A stretch of 64,000 nt of DNA. It comes from a virus (lineage: Duplodnaviria; Caudoviricetes). The stretch lies in IMG/VR virus record IMGVR_UViG_3300020365_000001; one strand, written 5' to 3'. The notes under the pieces were generated by a model. The model was not told the DNA's origin. It made no database searches and was given only the letters and a program-made list of their open reading frames with translations. Positions 9,704 to 19,110 of this stretch are shown one piece after another. The position numbers were made by a program, and so were the translations under genes. Position 1 is the first letter of the stretch. Every line of letters starts with the position of its first letter.

Positions 9704-11164
9704 TCAACACTTCCACTTCCTGAGAGCAAGAGCTTTACGAGTCGGACGCCCCTTCTCATCTTTCATAGGTCCTTTCACACCACTCATACGGGCACAGAAA
9801 GATCTCTTACGAGGACCACCTTCTGGTTGCGGTGCTTTCAGATCTGAACCAGGATTCTCACGCTCATAAGATTTGCGACCCTTCTCGTTCAAACCACCAG
9901 TTTTGCTCTTGCCTTCCTTACGCTGCCATGCAGATTCTCTCTTTAGACCAGGAAACAGAACCTGAGTAGCAATGCTGTTTTGTTTGTTATAAAGTTTATA
10001 TGATGGCATTGATGCTCTTCCACCATGAGCTTTGACGGCATCTACCTTTTTTTGGTTTATAACATTTGAAGTATCTGCGGCATCTTGAGCGATACGAATA
10101 GGATTTGGAACCCCATATGGTTTGCCACCGATGTTCACCGTTGGTCCAAGATAACCATCACCTGGTTTCTCCTGAAGATTCTCACCATCAACTTCAGTTT
10201 CCTGATTCAACATTTGAAGTGCTTTATTCTTGGTATCGGTTGCTCTCCGAATCGCGCCGTATTTGCCTTTACCAGAATCCGCACTTTGTTTGACTGTATT
10301 TGCAGCTTTCATTCCTTGGATTGCTTGCCACGTGGCAAGACCAGCAGCAATCGCACCTGCACCTATAAGACCAGCAGCTTCGGATACTTCACCTGGTTTT
10401 TCTTGACGATTAGATTCTACAATAGGAACAGCGGTTTCGAGATACTGCCTAAAAGTAATACCTTCTTTCCAAGAAGATTTGCCAAATGCAGCGGTAGCAC
10501 CACCGATAGTATCCTTCGCTACTTTCGCTGCCCATCCAAGTGCCTTTGCAGCAACATGCCCTTTCGCTCTAAGTCCCATACCTTTACCTCCCTTCTTCTT
10601 AGGAGTTCCAGGAGGACCTTCTCTCTTAGCAAGAGCACCACCTTTTCCCCGTGTGTCATCTTTTTGACCTGCACCAGAAGGAGGACGCCTGTTACCACTT
10701 GTTCCACCACCTCCAGAACCGCCTGATCCTGAGGAAGACGTAGAACCACCTGCTGAACCAGGAAGTTTTTTCTGTCCAGGAGTTACGTCCCGAACCTTCA
10801 CCTTCTTCACACCCATATCTACTGCCGTGCCCCCAGCAGAAGACACACGCTTGCTACCACCAGAGCCACCAACCTTATTAGACTTATTGCCTTGTGAATC
10901 ACTTTTGACAACACGATCATTCCTAACAATGGCACTAGTACCTAACTTTTTCTGTCCGGATGGTTTTGCCGAACTAGAACTAGCACCACTAGTGGGTTTT
11001 GCCCCTGCCTTAGCAGCACGTGCTTGTGCCTGCTTACGAACTTGTTTTGCCCTTTCCGCAGTACCAGGATTTTTCTTCTGGTAGTCCGCAAACTGGTCGT
11101 CGCTCATCTTGGCAAACGCATCACCAGGTGCCTCAAAGATGGGCAATCTATAGGTATATTTCAT
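9704..11164 (-). CDS. Basic, Gly/Lys-rich hypothetical protein; candidate internal head (poly)protein
   Basis: 486 aa of low-complexity basic segments. The C-terminal module 'AWQRKEGK...GGLNEKGRKSY...RKRSFCARM...ALRKWKC' recurs in cyanophage proteins. A late-type box lies upstream. Confidence 0.7.
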   Translation of the reverse strand: MKYTYRLPIFEAPGDAFAKMSDDQFADYQKKNPGTAERAKQVRKQAQARAAKAGAKPTSGASSSSAKPSGQKKLGTSAIVRNDRVVKSDSQGNKSNKVGGSGGSKRVSSAGGTAVDMGVKKVKVRDVTPGQKKLPGSAGGSTSSSGSGGSGGGGTSGNRRPPSGAGQKDDTRGKGGALAKREGPPGTPKKKGGKGMGLRAKGHVAAKALGWAAKVAKDTIGGATAAFGKSSWKEGITFRQYLETAVPIVESNRQEKPGEVSEAAGLIGAGAIAAGLATWQAIQGMKAANTVKQSADSGKGKYGAIRRATDTKNKALQMLNQETEVDGENLQEKPGDGYLGPTVNIGGKPYGVPNPIRIAQDAADTSNVINQKKVDAVKAHGGRASMPSYKLYNKQNSIATQVLFPGLKRESAWQRKEGKSKTGGLNEKGRKSYERENPGSDLKAPQPEGGPRKRSFCARMSGVKGPMKDEKGRPTRKALALRKWKC

Positions 11165-11173
11165 CTGATGAGA

Positions 11174-11587
11174 CTACTTGTCCGTATTATTTAGCAGACC
11201 CTTCTTGATCATCTTCTGTAGTTCACTTGTGCTACCAACAAATAGCGCATTGTTAGTGACATTTTTAGGACCATCTTCTGCTTTCAGATCCTTCATCTTC
11301 TTCTGAAGATCAACGATTTTGTCAGTAACATCACCAACGTGTTTGATCAACTGACCAGCAACTTCATATGCTCTAGGATGTTGAGTATCCATGCATACAT
11401 CAAGGATACCGTTTACTGCTTCTTGTCCTTTCTCTACAAGATTATAAAGTTGAGCACGAGAATACTCGTAGTCTTGATCAGGAGCATCTGGTGTCTCCTT
11501 GATCTTTTTCTTGATTGCCTTTGTCTCATTGACAATCTCGGATTTTACATCTAGTGCTTTATCGATAGCATCAAAGTCTTTTGTCAT
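11174..11587 (-). CDS. gp16: Terminase small subunit
   Basis: Motifs 'DYEYSRAQLYNLVEKG', 'HPRAYEVAGQLIK' and 'NNALFVGSTSELQK'. Confidence 0.94.
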   Translation of the reverse strand: MTKDFDAIDKALDVKSEIVNETKAIKKKIKETPDAPDQDYEYSRAQLYNLVEKGQEAVNGILDVCMDTQHPRAYEVAGQLIKHVGDVTDKIVDLQKKMKDLKAEDGPKNVTNNALFVGSTSELQKMIKKGLLNNTDK

Positions 11588-12633
11588 AATTCATCAGTGC
11601 CAGTAACAGTACTGAATTCAAGACCATCTGCATCAAAGAAAGATCTGGTCTCCGTGAATCCAAAGGTATCGCCGTAATCAATAAGATCCGAATCAGATTT
11701 ATTTACCAGATCGATACTATCTCCACTTGCGTGTGAATCAATACTGGTGCCAAACTGTCCACGGTTGACGATCAAGTCGTTACCGGAGATCTCTTTGATC
11801 TTCATAACTTCACTGTTGATTTGGATAAATCCACCAACAGCGAAGGAAGATCCTGATGTAACTTTTACGAGAGTTTGCTTTGTGGTGAGGGTGGCAGCAA
11901 GAGATCCCGTGCCATCATCATTATAATCTTTGGCGGCTTGTGGAACAACAGTGTACCGTTGCTCCCTTGGAGCTCGGATAGCGGTAGCGTAATCGATTTG
12001 AACTTTTTTGATAATTCCATTTTCGTCCGTAGGTACTTCTTGATAAAAGTAAGTCTTTGCTACGAAATCTAGATCATATTGGATGAATCTACGAGTTGAA
12101 AAATCACCCTCATACTCATCAGTAAACGATACGTTTGTTAGAGTAAAGGGGATATCTCTCTTCTCTTCCACACCCTCCAGCATGTTCACTGTCACGCTGT
12201 AAGCGGGTTGGAAGAATGGTAAAATTTGTTCTATAATTTGCAGGGCATCGTCTTGCAACTTGGTTGCAAAACTGAGTCTGAATCCCACATCATATGGGAC
12301 AGGTAGAAACATTTTTTTGATCTTCGTCTTTTGAGACGGAGATTTCATAGTAAATTTTTGAATAGGTGATGCTTTCCTGCTAGCATCGTAAGTATATGAA
12401 GACAACTCAAATGACAAGCGAGGCAAAGAGATCGCTACATTGTCATCAAAGTTTGATTGTTGTTCAATGCGTGCAAGGAACCTTTGAATAGGTCCGTATG
12501 CAATGGGGACTTTGATCTGACTAATAGACTTACCATCACTAGCATACTTCTTGATAGTGATGTTATTGAACAGAGTACCGAATGCGATTACGGTCTTCCG
12601 AATAGTCTCATTGTAAAAATAATTACCAATCAT
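11584..12633 (-). CDS. gp15: Tail terminator / sheath stabiliser
   Basis: Motifs 'YFYNETIRKTVIAFGTLFN', 'KVPIAYGP' and 'QIIEQILPFFQP'. Confidence 0.95.
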   Translation of the reverse strand: MIGNYFYNETIRKTVIAFGTLFNNITIKKYASDGKSISQIKVPIAYGPIQRFLARIEQQSNFDDNVAISLPRLSFELSSYTYDASRKASPIQKFTMKSPSQKTKIKKMFLPVPYDVGFRLSFATKLQDDALQIIEQILPFFQPAYSVTVNMLEGVEEKRDIPFTLTNVSFTDEYEGDFSTRRFIQYDLDFVAKTYFYQEVPTDENGIIKKVQIDYATAIRAPREQRYTVVPQAAKDYNDDGTGSLAATLTTKQTLVKVTSGSSFAVGGFIQINSEVMKIKEISGNDLIVNRGQFGTSIDSHASGDSIDLVNKSDSDLIDYGDTFGFTETRSFFDADGLEFSTVTGTDEL

Positions 12634-14009
12634 TATACTTCACCAAATGGATTTTTCTCTGTAAAGTCTAAAATACCGTCTGCTTCAATCTCAATCACGT
12701 CACCAGTGTTGAACTCTTCTTCGGTATCATCATAGTCAATAGTATTTAGACGATATGCAGAACCTTCATTGTCAACGATTAGTTCGCCGATTTGGAAGTC
12801 GTTACTAATGTTACGTGCTGTCAGGGTCAAAGTGGAAGCATTCCAACCGGTTACAAACGCTGTGCTGAGAGAAGACTGACCGGTAATGACTTCTCCATAA
12901 GAGAATGTTCCGACCCCAACAGTTCCAGCAGCAGAGACTTGAATAGTGGGAGCACTGGTGTAACCACTACCAGCATCAGTAATCCGAATAGATTCAAGGT
13001 TTCCAGTGTTTCCAAGTACACCATAACCTTGAGCGGTGTGACCTGCTCCGGGAGGTGCGGAGAAGGTAATCGTGGGAGGAACAACATACTCACCACCACC
13101 AGAGGTGATCGTAACAACACCAACACCACCTGTAGTGGAGATGGCAACTTGTGCAGCACCACCAATACCCTTACCATCTTCAGGAAGGAATTGGATGGAG
13201 GGGGTGCTTGTGTAACCAGAACCAGGATTAGTGATATAGAGTTGACTAATTCTGCGGCGTCTGAATCCTGACGTTTCACTAGTAATTGCAACAACAGTTG
13301 CTGTCGTTCCGCCAGCTTGAGGAGGAGAAATCTTGACTGGAGGATCAGCAGTCCATCCAGTACCACCGTCCAGCAATTTGATGTAACGGATGCCTGTTTG
13401 GACACTAGTAATTGCAGTTGCGGTATTGCCGACCGAGACCAGTCTCAAGGTAGCGTTGTAACCAGCAGTCCTGAAATCGTCATCTACGACAGTGATTCCA
13501 GTATCAATAACCTCATCTTCATACTCGAACGGTTCACACGTTAGAGTATATGAATAGTTCTTCCGTAGTTGATAGAAGTTGCTTACATCATCAACATACT
13601 TGATCTCTAGCAGAAGATCTCTGTATGGGAAATATAAAAGATCGCCTTCTAGAGGACGACTAGGATCGTTTGATAAACCAGTTCTTCCTGCAATCAGCGG
13701 TGTAATGTAGTTTGTATACCTATCCTGAGAGATGACAATCTTCATCTCTGCGGTGGTTCTCACACCAAATTTTGTAAGCAGATTATATCCAGAATCAAAT
13801 CCTTCATATGATTCGATATAACCTTCAATCGGGAAGGAGTTCTTGAACTCAGAACTCGTGACCTCCCGCATCACATTCTTTATATTTACAAAAGTTCTAG
13901 GCAGGTAAACGAACTCTACCCCATACATTTGGATCTGTTCGTTGATTAGATCCTGTACAAGATTTTGTTCACCTACTGTGCCTTGCTGAAAGAAGGGGTT
14001 TAGTGCCAT
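12633..14009 (-). CDS. gp14: Neck protein with inserted GxGY repeats
   Basis: Motifs 'EQNLVQDLINEQIQMYG', 'PLEGDLLYFP' and C-terminal 'DFTEKNPFG'. Confidence 0.93.
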   Translation of the reverse strand: MALNPFFQQGTVGEQNLVQDLINEQIQMYGVEFVYLPRTFVNIKNVMREVTSSEFKNSFPIEGYIESYEGFDSGYNLLTKFGVRTTAEMKIVISQDRYTNYITPLIAGRTGLSNDPSRPLEGDLLYFPYRDLLLEIKYVDDVSNFYQLRKNYSYTLTCEPFEYEDEVIDTGITVVDDDFRTAGYNATLRLVSVGNTATAITSVQTGIRYIKLLDGGTGWTADPPVKISPPQAGGTTATVVAITSETSGFRRRRISQLYITNPGSGYTSTPSIQFLPEDGKGIGGAAQVAISTTGGVGVVTITSGGGEYVVPPTITFSAPPGAGHTAQGYGVLGNTGNLESIRITDAGSGYTSAPTIQVSAAGTVGVGTFSYGEVITGQSSLSTAFVTGWNASTLTLTARNISNDFQIGELIVDNEGSAYRLNTIDYDDTEEEFNTGDVIEIEADGILDFTEKNPFGEV

Positions 14010-14854
14010 TATCCAATCAGGTCAAGAGGAGGAAGTTCATACTCATATGTCATCCTCTCCTCAAGTTTCTCAATCTCACCAAGGGCATCTTCATAGATTT
14101 GTCTGCCGTTGAGTTCAACCCCACCAGGCAATTTGACACCTTGGAACTTGATCAAGTTCATACCCCACTGCTTTTTACACAATGCAGTGAAGTATTTTTT
14201 CAAGAAAGGATCATTATATACTTTGTTATAGTCATTCGGATTTAGAACCCTATAACAACGAATAATCAAATAGTCACCCGCTTGCATGCTAGAGTAATCT
14301 ACATCTAGGTACAAACGATTCTGACGACGGTTGAATCGAATCTGTTTATCTGGATGCAGGATATGGTCCAGATCTTCCAAGTATCTCTTGGTCATCGTGT
14401 ACCCAAGCAGTTCCATTGAACTGAAGAAGTACACATCATTCAACATCATTTGATAGTTGATGTTGAACATGTTCGTCGAGATCAGACGATTGTCCAGTTT
14501 GAAAACTCTTTCAATCCCAATAACAGCGTCAGGAATCTGGATGAAATTCTGGTTCTCCTCATAACTAAAGGTGGTAGTGCCAATTCCAGTAATAGTTGCA
14601 CTAGCGGTGGTGGTAGTGATACCAGTCCCTTTATCGTTTCCTTTAGCTTGGATTGCATCAAGAAAATCCTGAGTGACTTGATGTTTCAGATACATCAATT
14701 CTACGCCATCCATGTGGCGATTTTGATAAATCTGAATGGCATCATCCATCAGATCTTCAATTTGCTCATCAGCAACATTGATTTCAAGAACCGGAGCACC
14801 CAGTTGCCTTTTGGCGTAATTGACTAACTCCTGTCTTGTAGATGGGTTCGCCAT
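14009..14854 (-). CDS. gp13: Neck protein
   Basis: Motifs 'RQLGAPVLEINVADEQ' and 'KKQWGMNLIKFQGVKLPGGVELNG'. Confidence 0.96.
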   Translation of the reverse strand: MANPSTRQELVNYAKRQLGAPVLEINVADEQIEDLMDDAIQIYQNRHMDGVELMYLKHQVTQDFLDAIQAKGNDKGTGITTTTASATITGIGTTTFSYEENQNFIQIPDAVIGIERVFKLDNRLISTNMFNINYQMMLNDVYFFSSMELLGYTMTKRYLEDLDHILHPDKQIRFNRRQNRLYLDVDYSSMQAGDYLIIRCYRVLNPNDYNKVYNDPFLKKYFTALCKKQWGMNLIKFQGVKLPGGVELNGRQIYEDALGEIEKLEERMTYEYELPPLDLIG

Positions 14855-14875
14855 TTATTCAAGACTTTCTTTTAT

Positions 14876-16201
14876 TTATGAACGTCTTACGACAACATCT
14901 AACTCGTCACCTACATCTAGACCGGTTACAGGGTTGATAATTGTGATAGCGGGACTGCCAATAGTCCAATCAGCAGTCTTTTGCAATAATATACCATTCA
15001 GGTATACTTCCATATTATCAGCAGATGTGTCAGAGTTTGATGGGGCAAATGAAGTTTGACCTTGAGCAGCAGTTAGTTGGTCCTCAGCTTGATCTGAACA
15101 GATATCAATTTCATCTCCAACATTAGCGGCTTCTACTAAGACCACAGAAGCAGATGCTTGATAGTCAATATCTTTTCGGAGTCTGACTCCATTTAGAAAA
15201 ACTCTATAGTTCTTAGAAGCAGAAAGGTTGCCAGCAAGAGTAAAGGTTGTTTGATTCTGAGTAGATGTAAAATATTCTTCTTCAAAGGTGTGCCCAAAAT
15301 AAACACTAATCTGTACGTTGTCACCTGCGGTAAGACCATTAGCAAAGGTTACCGTTGAGGGTGCTGATAATTGATAATCATTACTGGCACCTACTCTTTG
15401 TTTGACACCATTGACACTCACCTGCACCGAGAATGCAGTTGCCTGCTGTCCGTCATCAAACACATTGGGAGCAGTGAACGAAGTCTGTCCTTGGGATGCT
15501 TCGATATTAGATACACTCAGTGTGGTAGCGCCACCTACAGCACCTCCTCCACCACCTGACAGTGTTTTGAATGATAAGGAACCATTTCCATCAGTAACAA
15601 GTGCCTGATCTTCACTCCCGTCAGTTGATGGGAATGTAAACCCTGCAATGGTACTAATACCAGTAGAGTTTATGTTGCCAGAAAGACCATGGCCAGTTAT
15701 ATCAATACCAAAACAGGTTACGATTCCTGATAGGTTTGCACCTGCTCCGGTAAGACCTGCATTATGAACAAAAGTATTGCCTACATTATATCCAGTTGAG
15801 TGAACAAATACTCCATTGCCACCAACCTGCAATCCAGTGGTAAGTACTGTTGTACCTGCACCAACATTTATGCTGTCGTCATCGAGGGTTACACTACCGC
15901 TTCCTACGGTTAGAACACCAACAACCCGACCATTTCCTCTAACTAAAAATTGAGTTTGTGCTGCACCAACTACAACAGTCTGGTCTCCGAAAGTACCAAT
16001 ACCAGACGATAGTACGTGCTCAGTTGATATACCAACTTCTCGTACAGTAACACCAGCACCAACACCATCTTGTCCTGCGGCGATAAAGACTTTACCGTCC
16101 GTGGTATTGATTGCAAATTCCCCTAAAGATATTGAATCTGGGTAATGGGGAACCTTACCCGCGATACTAGATCGCTTGACTTTTATTTGAGGAGCTGCCA
16201 T
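14876..16201 (-). CDS. Fibre-like structural protein
   Basis: N-terminal 'IKVKRS...LGEFAINTTDGKVF' typical of phage fibres, and three C-terminal 'QGQTxF...(V/L)NG(V/I)...GD' modules also present in the 1417-aa fibre. Confidence 0.75.
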   Translation of the reverse strand: MAAPQIKVKRSSIAGKVPHYPDSISLGEFAINTTDGKVFIAAGQDGVGAGVTVREVGISTEHVLSSGIGTFGDQTVVVGAAQTQFLVRGNGRVVGVLTVGSGSVTLDDDSINVGAGTTVLTTGLQVGGNGVFVHSTGYNVGNTFVHNAGLTGAGANLSGIVTCFGIDITGHGLSGNINSTGISTIAGFTFPSTDGSEDQALVTDGNGSLSFKTLSGGGGGAVGGATTLSVSNIEASQGQTSFTAPNVFDDGQQATAFSVQVSVNGVKQRVGASNDYQLSAPSTVTFANGLTAGDNVQISVYFGHTFEEEYFTSTQNQTTFTLAGNLSASKNYRVFLNGVRLRKDIDYQASASVVLVEAANVGDEIDICSDQAEDQLTAAQGQTSFAPSNSDTSADNMEVYLNGILLQKTADWTIGSPAITIINPVTGLDVGDELDVVVRRS

Positions 16202-16251
16202 TTATATCGGTGCTATGTAGCATCAATGAGTGGTATATACCACCGTCACAA

Positions 16252-16268
16252 TATTTATGTGTTATAAT
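16252..16268. promoter_or_regulatory. Closely spaced divergent promoters (late box on minus strand, extended -10 on plus strand)
   Basis: CATAAATA on the minus strand (16252-16259) towards the fibre gene; TGtTATAAT on the plus strand (16260-16268) ahead of the ATG at 16291. Confidence 0.5.
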
Positions 16269-16290
16269 TAGTTTGGGATTACGATATTAC

Positions 16291-16959
16291 ATGAAGACTC
16301 TCTGTGTACTTATTGGACCTCAAGGATCGGGCAACCATCTGTGGTCAAAAATCTTCTCGTTACATGAAGAAGTCTTTGGGTGGAAAACGCTGCTCGATAA
16401 TTATTGGGAAGCACACCGATTATCCGAACCCTTCGCAGAGTATTGGAAAGACCCTGATACCTTGCGAACCTTTGATTGGTCTCAAAGTGAATATTTCTTT
16501 ACATCAGTTAGCATCCCCCTCGGCATAAAATCTCAAGGGACCTTACGTTGTCCAAACGTCGTGCAGTTTTGCACTGTCGCCGAGAGTATGGGGATCAATG
16601 TCAAAGTGCTCGTCTTAGGACGAGATAAAAATATTCTAAATCATCAACAGTCACGCATACGTGAGCAAGATACCCTACATTATTTCTTAGATCAATTACC
16701 AAAAATCAAAAACCCAACATATCTTAGTTACGAACTTTTGTATCTTTACAGGAGAGAGTATCTAAAATCATTAGATGTTGGTATTCCTATTGCTTGGTAT
16801 GATCCAAGAGTTCAAAAGATTTTAGAAATTGATGCTAACCAAAAATACATTTCTTATGTAAAATCTAGTCCTCTAGATGATTGCAATAAGACAGGAGTTC
16901 CTTCTAAATGGAACCCCAATAAAACATATGTGGATCTTGATAGAGACCTGTGCTGCTAA
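16291..16959 (+). CDS. P-loop / sulfotransferase-like hypothetical protein (paralog of 17727..18437)
   Basis: The start is more likely the ATG at 16291 (MKTLCVLIGPQGSGNHLWSKIFS). Shares 'GPQGSGNHL', 'EPFAEYW' and 'DAN.KY.S' with 17727..18437. Confidence 0.7.
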   Translation: MKTLCVLIGPQGSGNHLWSKIFSLHEEVFGWKTLLDNYWEAHRLSEPFAEYWKDPDTLRTFDWSQSEYFFTSVSIPLGIKSQGTLRCPNVVQFCTVAESMGINVKVLVLGRDKNILNHQQSRIREQDTLHYFLDQLPKIKNPTYLSYELLYLYRREYLKSLDVGIPIAWYDPRVQKILEIDANQKYISYVKSSPLDDCNKTGVPSKWNPNKTYVDLDRDLCC

Positions 16960-17141
16960 TGGGCAAATATGATTTTGGTGGAAGACCAGTAGAACCTTGT
17001 AACTTGTTACTACTTATTAGTGACATGGAAGGAACCTACCAAAATCTCAAGTATATGGGATTTGGGGAAGATATGAATATCATTGATGAAATGAAAAAGA
17101 AATACTATAAACTCTACTTTCAAAGTCTAAAGAAAAAATGA
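16959..17141 (+). CDS. Small cyanophage-type hypothetical protein
   Basis: TAATG coupling at 16957-16961; MGKYDFGG...LISDMEGTYQNLKYMGF...KKYYKLYF. Confidence 0.7.
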   Translation: MGKYDFGGRPVEPCNLLLLISDMEGTYQNLKYMGFGEDMNIIDEMKKKYYKLYFQSLKKK

Positions 17142-17749
17142 TGTTATTCAGTGGGTGTTCATTTACCTATGGTGCCGAACTAATAGATCGAGATAACGAA
17201 AGATTTTCTTCACATTTTCATTCTCACAACATCGGTGAATGTGGTCTATGTAATGATGCTATTGTTAGAAATACTATATCTGAAATAGAATCAAACCCAG
17301 GAAAATATGATACTGTTGTAGTTCAGTTTACCCTACACACTAGAACCGAGGTTCCTCTTCAAGACGGTTATCTTCCCATCACACCTCAGAATCTAAAACT
17401 TGAATCCCGTAGGGTAAAGCGATGGAAATTTGCAAAAGCAATATACAATAATGAATTGTGGACTATGCATATTGGTAAGGAAAATATGCATAAGAATATA
17501 TTTTTTATGCAGACATTCCTTAGAATGAAAGGATTGAAATATGTATTTCTAAGTATTGACGGACATAATCCAAAACATAATCATTTCACAGACTCGTGTT
17601 GGAAAGATATGATAGATAGTCCAATCATCAATATCCATGATATAATTGGATTTAGATGTGACCATCCACAATATTATGATGGTTACGGGGGTCACCCCAA
17701 TTCACTAGGTCACCGAGTCATCGCTAATGCAATCAAAGAAAGACTATGA
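17138..17749 (+). CDS. SGNH/GDSL-like hydrolase or acyltransferase
   Basis: Block I-like 'SGCSFTYG' and C-terminal 'GGHPNSLGHRVIA'. Confidence 0.7.
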   Translation: MMLFSGCSFTYGAELIDRDNERFSSHFHSHNIGECGLCNDAIVRNTISEIESNPGKYDTVVVQFTLHTRTEVPLQDGYLPITPQNLKLESRRVKRWKFAKAIYNNELWTMHIGKENMHKNIFFMQTFLRMKGLKYVFLSIDGHNPKHNHFTDSCWKDMIDSPIINIHDIIGFRCDHPQYYDGYGGHPNSLGHRVIANAIKERL

Positions 17750-18437
17750 CGGTCCATTGTATGCACCATGGTCTAGTGTAGTAAAAGGAAGGCGACAAAG
17801 AAACAAAAAATTGCTTATCGTTACTGGTCCACAAGGATCTGGTAATCATTTGTTTGCTAGGGTGTTTAGTCAGCATCCAGATGTTATTGGTTGGGAAAAA
17901 CTAAAAACAAATTATTGGGTTCCCTCTGATGAAGAACCCTTTGCTGAGTATTGGGTAAACCCAGACTTGCTAGACTTCCCTGATGGAGATTATTTTCTAG
18001 CAAATGTAAGCGTCCCATTCTTTTATGATGGGGTAAGACAGACACCAAAAATTTCACAGGTATGTCATCAAGCATTGCATCTTGGTGTTCAACCTATCGT
18101 TGCGATCATTACTAGAGATCAAAATATCAACGCTGTCCAACAAAAAAGAGTCGGCGGGGAAGTTACCCTACCGACTGCTATGGAGTATTACAAGCATATT
18201 ATCAATGACGAGTGGATTGAAACTCACTTCTTGTCACATGAATGCTTTTTCCTTTGGGGAGAAAATTATATCAAGTACGTTGCGGAGATGATCAACTTCC
18301 CTGTAACGACCAAAGGCATCGACCAGTATATAACCAGCGATGCCAATGGAAAGTATGTAAGTGCCATCGACCATCACTGGTTAGATGACACTATTAGGGA
18401 AGGTCGCAAACCGTTCAAACAACGGCGAGCGGAGTAG
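17727..18437 (+). CDS. P-loop / sulfotransferase-like hypothetical protein
   Basis: 'LLIVTGPQGSGNHLFARVFS'; paralog of 16291..16959. Confidence 0.7.
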   Translation: MQSKKDYDGPLYAPWSSVVKGRRQRNKKLLIVTGPQGSGNHLFARVFSQHPDVIGWEKLKTNYWVPSDEEPFAEYWVNPDLLDFPDGDYFLANVSVPFFYDGVRQTPKISQVCHQALHLGVQPIVAIITRDQNINAVQQKRVGGEVTLPTAMEYYKHIINDEWIETHFLSHECFFLWGENYIKYVAEMINFPVTTKGIDQYITSDANGKYVSAIDHHWLDDTIREGRKPFKQRRAE

Positions 18438-19089
18438 CGGTGTTCTGGCGGGAGATCTCCAGGAGATCAGAACGCATACGCTCAACCAGAGCGAGAACAC
18501 GGTCTTGCAGTTCAGCACTACCTTCGACCAAACGACTCAGAGCACGACCACCCAGGTTGGAGTGGAAACCTTCGTCTTTGGCGATAGCGGCATAGCGGGA
18601 AGAGATGAAGGTGTCATCAACACATTCTGCCATCTCGTTCCAGACTGCTTCTGCACGACCTTCAGCAACGAGCTGATAGGCAGCGAGGGCAGCGGGATCT
18701 TCAGCAGCTTCATACTTCTCAAGCAGGGAAGCACCCTTTGCCTGAGGCTTGTCTTCTTCAGCAGCAAATGCAGCAGCAACATCCAGTTCTTCACCGGTGA
18801 TGTGCTCGATCACTTCCTTGACCATACGGAAGTGTTTTGCTTCGTCGAGTGCCTGCTTGCTCAGCAGTTCCAGATCACGGACATCCGTGCTTGGGTCGGC
18901 AGAAGCAACTTGACCGGCGATGGCATACATGTTTTGAGCTTCGTTGACCATGCGGCCACGGAAATGCTCAACCAGATACTCATCGCTAGGGGAGGAGGCA
19001 AAGAAACGTCGCACATTCGCACGTGAAGTGGCGAACAGTTCTTTATTACCTTCCTTGATTTTCTTGACAAAATCGGTTCCAGAAAGCAT
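18415..19089 (-). CDS. Ferritin-like diiron-carboxylate protein
   Basis: Paired E...ExxH ligand pattern: 'NEAQN...DEAKHF' and 'AEGRA...DEGFHS'. All-helical character. Confidence 0.8.
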   Translation of the reverse strand: MLSGTDFVKKIKEGNKELFATSRANVRRFFASSPSDEYLVEHFRGRMVNEAQNMYAIAGQVASADPSTDVRDLELLSKQALDEAKHFRMVKEVIEHITGEELDVAAAFAAEEDKPQAKGASLLEKYEAAEDPAALAAYQLVAEGRAEAVWNEMAECVDDTFISSRYAAIAKDEGFHSNLGGRALSRLVEGSAELQDRVLALVERMRSDLLEISRQNTATPLAVV

Positions 19090-19110
19090 TTTTGAATCCT
19101 ATCTACGTTG

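Noticed and set aside
18385-19026. 213-aa plus-strand ORF
   Set aside because: Antisense to the ferritin-like gene, which has clear ligand motifs.
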